Positions 60,556-64,000 of a stretch of DNA of 64,000 nt are shown here, one piece after another. The DNA comes from Trichodelitschia bisporula (Eukaryota). The number at the start of each line of letters is the position of its first letter. Positions within the stretch are counted from its first letter, which is position 1. The notes below the pieces were generated by a model. That model was not told the origin of the DNA and did not search any database. It saw only the letters and a program-made list of their open reading frames with translations. Position numbers and translations under genes: made by a program. The DNA lies in the NCBI GenBank assembly GCA_010356995.1, contig ML996690.1, positions 809,420 through 873,419 on the forward strand, given 5' to 3'.

Positions 60556-62332
60556 ATGTTTAGCATCTCCGGATTCGTGGACCAGCAGCTGGGACAGCTT
60601 CTGGAAACATGGAATATCTACAGCACGGTCCTCGCGGGCCTCATCGCCGTCATCTTGATTGTCACTGGCGCAATGGCCCAGGAACCTGATACACATCCCA
60701 TGATCTTGCTGCGCCAGTCTCACGCCAGCCAGGTGCGCAACGAAGGTGAATCCGCTGTGTACCGCTCTGCCGATTCTCCACACGGATACCCTCTGCGCAG
60801 CGGATTGAACGTCCGACAGCCCGGTGCACCAGCATACAGCGGCGGTCGCAACGGGGATCTGCGCGACATCTGGCGGCGTGTAAGCGGGGAGATTCCACTA
60901 GAGGCGCCCAGAGACCGGGAAGTATCATCGGCCGGCGGAGAGCAGCCCAAGATCACGACGTTCCACGGCCGGGAAAGCACCGAGGACCACAACATCGGCG
61001 AGGTGACCAAGGATATCCATATCGTGGGCACTGTGCTCCGCAAGAATGGCTCCAAGCGCGTTGCCATCTTCCTTCCCAACTCCATTGAGTTTCTCGAAGC
61101 GCTTTTTGGTGCGTAGGTCGTGGGTTTCTGGATCAGACTGACATCACCAGCCTGCTCGTTTTATGGCCTTACCCCGATCCTCATCCCGCGGGCTGCCAGC
61201 ACCGTGGAAGTAGCCAACCTGCTGCTGCGCACCAAGGCCGACACCCTGATCGCGGAAGCGGGCCTATCGCTTGACGAGCTGATGCACGTATCGACGCTAC
61301 GGCAGGTTATCTGGGTCGTCGAGCGGACCAGCCGGCACGTTGACTGGACCGACGTGCCTGCCGACATCGGCGGCAAGATCGACGTGTCCATGTGGCACCA
61401 GCTGATTCAGGATCATCAGGATATCAAGTCCGCTGATGCGCCGGATCTCAAGGCTAGTGAATTGGGCAACATCATCACAGTGTGGGGAGACGAGACGCCC
61501 AAGCGCGAGATTGTCGAGTTCACACATCAGGTATATCGCTCAGTTCTGTCTCGGCCCCCATCTAACCTAGCAGAATTTCGTCTCCGCCATCGCAGGCCTC
61601 CTCGCCACCCTCCCCGGCAAGCAGCGCCTCAACCCAACCGACCTCTTCCTCGCCGCCGACTCCTGGTCTACACCTTACGCCCTGGTATTAACCTTCGCAG
61701 CACTTTGGTCCCATGCCTCCCTCGCCATCACCTCGCAAGCCATTGCCGGCGTCGACCTCACCGTCGCAACAATGGGCGCCTCACCCACCGTCATCGTCGC
61801 CGATGCCTCCTCCGCCCAAGCCCTGCACGACCGCACCGCCAAGCTGGCCACCGGCCTGCCGCAGCAGCTGGCGCTCTGGTCTGTGCGCCGCGGTCTCGAC
61901 GATGGATATATGCCTAGTGGGTCGCTGCTGGACAGCGTGATCCCGCCGGTGCGTGCGCGCGTGGGCGTTGAGCCGAGCCAGCTCAGGCTGCTATTTGTCA
62001 CCGAGGGTCCTGGGGGCCCGCGACTTTCAGCCGATGCCCTAGCTGATTTGCGTGCGTTTACCCACGCACGGGTCGTGCGTGCGCTAACGGTGCCGACTGT
62101 GGCGGGTGCGGTGGCGCAGACGGGCGTGTTTGATTACCGTCGGGGCGCTGAGCATTACGGTCCGCCGGTGGGGAGTGTCGAGGTTAAGCTTGTGGATAAG
62201 GCGGGACATCGCACTACTGATGAGAAGGCGGAGGGGGAGTTGGTTGTTGTTGGTCCTGCGGTGGCTGGTGGTGAGAGCCGCACGGGTGTGCTTGTGAAAG
62301 TGACGAGGGACTTTACGCTTGCGGTTGTATAG
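60556..62332 (+). CDS. Membrane-anchored AMP-binding (acyl-CoA synthetase-like) protein with degenerate A3 loop; introns 61109-61150 and 61531-61573
   Basis: N-terminal TM; EPDTHPMILLRQS...GESAVYR...PHGYPL; VAIFLPNSIEFL; EFTHQNFVSAIAG; HYGPPVGSVEVKL; GELVVVGPAV. Confidence 0.82.
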
Positions 62333-62458
62333 GGGATGGAAGACGACTTGGGCGGCGGCGGCTGTTTGTAGTTGATTTACGATGATATGTAGCTGCCAAT
62401 CTCGTTCATATCCAATCCCCAACTCTTTAAACCAAACCAAATGCAAACCAAAAACTGA

Positions 62459-64000
62459 CTAACAAAATCCCATCAAACTCACCATGCCCTCCATGCCCTC
62501 CAACCCCACCTCATTAGCCCCCGCCGCCTCGTCAAGCAACGCATCAATACCCTCCTTCTCCTTGATCTCCCAAAACGCCGTAACGCCCCCCACCAACCTT
62601 TGCGCAACGTCCGCCACAACCTTCTTCTCCAACGCCGCAAAGCACACCCGGACATACCCCCACGCCTCCTCCCGCCCCCTAGCGTCAGGCGCAAACATCC
62701 CCCCCGGCGCAACGAGTACCCGCCACGGAGCGTGCGTCCAAAACACCCACAGCGCAAGCCCGAGGTCGGCTAGTTCGAAGGAACCTGAGAGGGGATGTGA
62801 TTCCATATCGAGCGCGAGCCAGGCGAACATCCCACCCGAAGGCGGGAGCACGGTGAGCGGGCGGGTGGACGTGAGCGAAGTCCACCCGTCGGCCGTGGGA
62901 GCCGCCTGGACGATGGCGGGCGCGGATAGGATAGGTTCGATGATAGCGGCCCGCCTGTCTGCGTACTCGGACTGCAGACCGGAGAGCCAGCGCTCGAAGC
63001 CGTGCACGCCCCACCCACTTGTCCCCTTCGGCAGTGCCGCGGCGAAGCAGGCGCAGCATGGGCAGCCGGGGTAGTGCACTGCTGGATCTGGGGTTGGGGT
63101 GGGTGGGACGTGGGTGCCGTGGTCGGCGCAGGGGCCGACGAGGAGCCGGGCGAGGAGGGCTTGCGAGAGCCCGGAGGGCTGGGTTGTGCTGGTTTCGGTG
63201 ACGCGGAGGAGGCGTTCTATGAGTGCGGGTTGGCCGGTTATCCACCCGAGGCGCGCGCCGGGGAAGGCGGTTTTGGAGAAAGTGTCGAGGCGGAGGACGC
63301 GCCCTTCGGTGTCGAGGGTCAGGTAACTGGGCACGAGGGATTTGAAGAAGGATGTGGATGTGGGGGTGGGGTCGGAGGGGTATTGGAGGTACCAGTAGGG
63401 ATCGTCTTCGGCGATGAGGACGTCGAATTTGCAGCATACGTCGTAGACTTCTTCGCGGCGCCAGGTGGGGGCGAGGACGCCCGTCGGGTTCTGGCCCGTC
63501 GGCACGGTGTACAGGATATGCGGACGCGGCCCCTGCGCAGTGTCCCAGTTTTCGAGCACATCGGTCAGACTCCCCGGCCCGGTGGGGAGTATGCCGTGCT
63601 CGTCCATATTGACAGTGACGACGTTCATCCCCCGCGCCAGGGCCGTCTGCACAGCCGTCATGTACGCCCAGCGCTCGACGAGCAGCGTCGGCCGCTCGGC
63701 CGGGTCATCATGTCCCTTATTCCACTCATTTGCGAACGTGGTGATGATCTTGCTGAACCCATCCGTGCTCCCGAGAGTGGGGAGTATTTCAGCGCCGCCT
63801 GCGTAGGGCGGCGGGTGCAAATGCGCGGTGAGGTGCTTGAGCCAGGCCGCGAGGACGGGGATGCCGGTTGCTTGCCCGTATTGTAGTGCGGTGGTGAGGT
63901 CGAGGGAGAGCGGGTCGGCGGGGAGGGGGAGGGTCTTCGGGATCGAGATGGTGGATGTCGATGTTGGCGTGCTGGGCGCTGGGAAGCGGGTCGCGTGCGC
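62459..64000 (-). CDS. Aro8-like aromatic/aminoadipate aminotransferase (class I/II PLP), 3' part; 5' end lies beyond the window
   Basis: LTTALQYGQATG; GSTDG; YTVPTGQNPTG; EDDPYWYLQY; PLP lysine in RLDTFSKTAFPGARLGW; GGMFAW; YVRVCFA. Confidence 0.92.
   Translation of the reverse strand, partial: AHATRFPAPSTPTSTSTISIPKTLPLPADPLSLDLTTALQYGQATGIPVLAAWLKHLTAHLHPPPYAGGAEILPTLGSTDGFSKIITTFANEWNKGHDDPAERPTLLVERWAYMTAVQTALARGMNVVTVNMDEHGILPTGPGSLTDVLENWDTAQGPRPHILYTVPTGQNPTGVLAPTWRREEVYDVCCKFDVLIAEDDPYWYLQYPSDPTPTSTSFFKSLVPSYLTLDTEGRVLRLDTFSKTAFPGARLGWITGQPALIERLLRVTETSTTQPSGLSQALLARLLVGPCADHGTHVPPTPTPDPAVHYPGCPCCACFAAALPKGTSGWGVHGFERWLSGLQSEYADRRAAIIEPILSAPAIVQAAPTADGWTSLTSTRPLTVLPPSGGMFAWLALDMESHPLSGSFELADLGLALWVFWTHAPWRVLVAPGGMFAPDARGREEAWGYVRVCFAALEKKVVADVAQRLVGGVTAFWEIKEKEGIDALLDEAAGANEVGLEGMEGMVSLMGFC

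Noticed and set aside
1..64000. Transposons or RIP-mutated AT-rich blocks
   Set aside because: No transposase, reverse transcriptase, LTR/TIR pairs or AT-rich islands were visible by eye.

Overview
Gene-dense eukaryotic window from a filamentous ascomycete (Pezizomycotina; Dothideomycete-like is my inference). It has very short spliceosomal introns (mostly 41-59 nt, GT...CTRAC/CTAAT...YAG). I reconstructed about 23 protein genes by hand: VMA1 (partial), VPS54, a DUF8004-like protein, a MARVEL protein, a SUR7/PalI protein, PNG1, UTP4, NOP7, SRP54, RRP15, a Ca3427/NMT1-like PBP2 protein, a PTH11-like receptor, SPE2/AdoMetDC, a cytochrome P450, a SURNod19-like secreted protein, a Pom34-like nucleoporin, a degenerate AMP-binding protein, an Aro8-like aminotransferase (partial) and several hypotheticals. 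There is also an intron-containing tRNA-Leu(CAG). The most striking signal is the 5' leader of the AdoMetDC (SPE2) gene. It contains two AUG uORFs (one split by a leader intron with a C20 tract), a candidate AUU-initiated uORF in near-perfect initiation context ending Arg-Pro-Pro-stop, and several stable hairpins, which together suggest a polyamine-responsive translational control module. Other points of interest are a PNGase with Cys->Val and His->Tyr at its catalytic positions, a four-lesion pseudogene of a Ser-rich PAN/Apple-domain surface protein, a probably unannotated 78-aa mitochondrial microprotein, and two compact bidirectional promoters driving ribosome-biogenesis genes with shared motifs. 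No database searches were run; family calls rest on recognised motifs.
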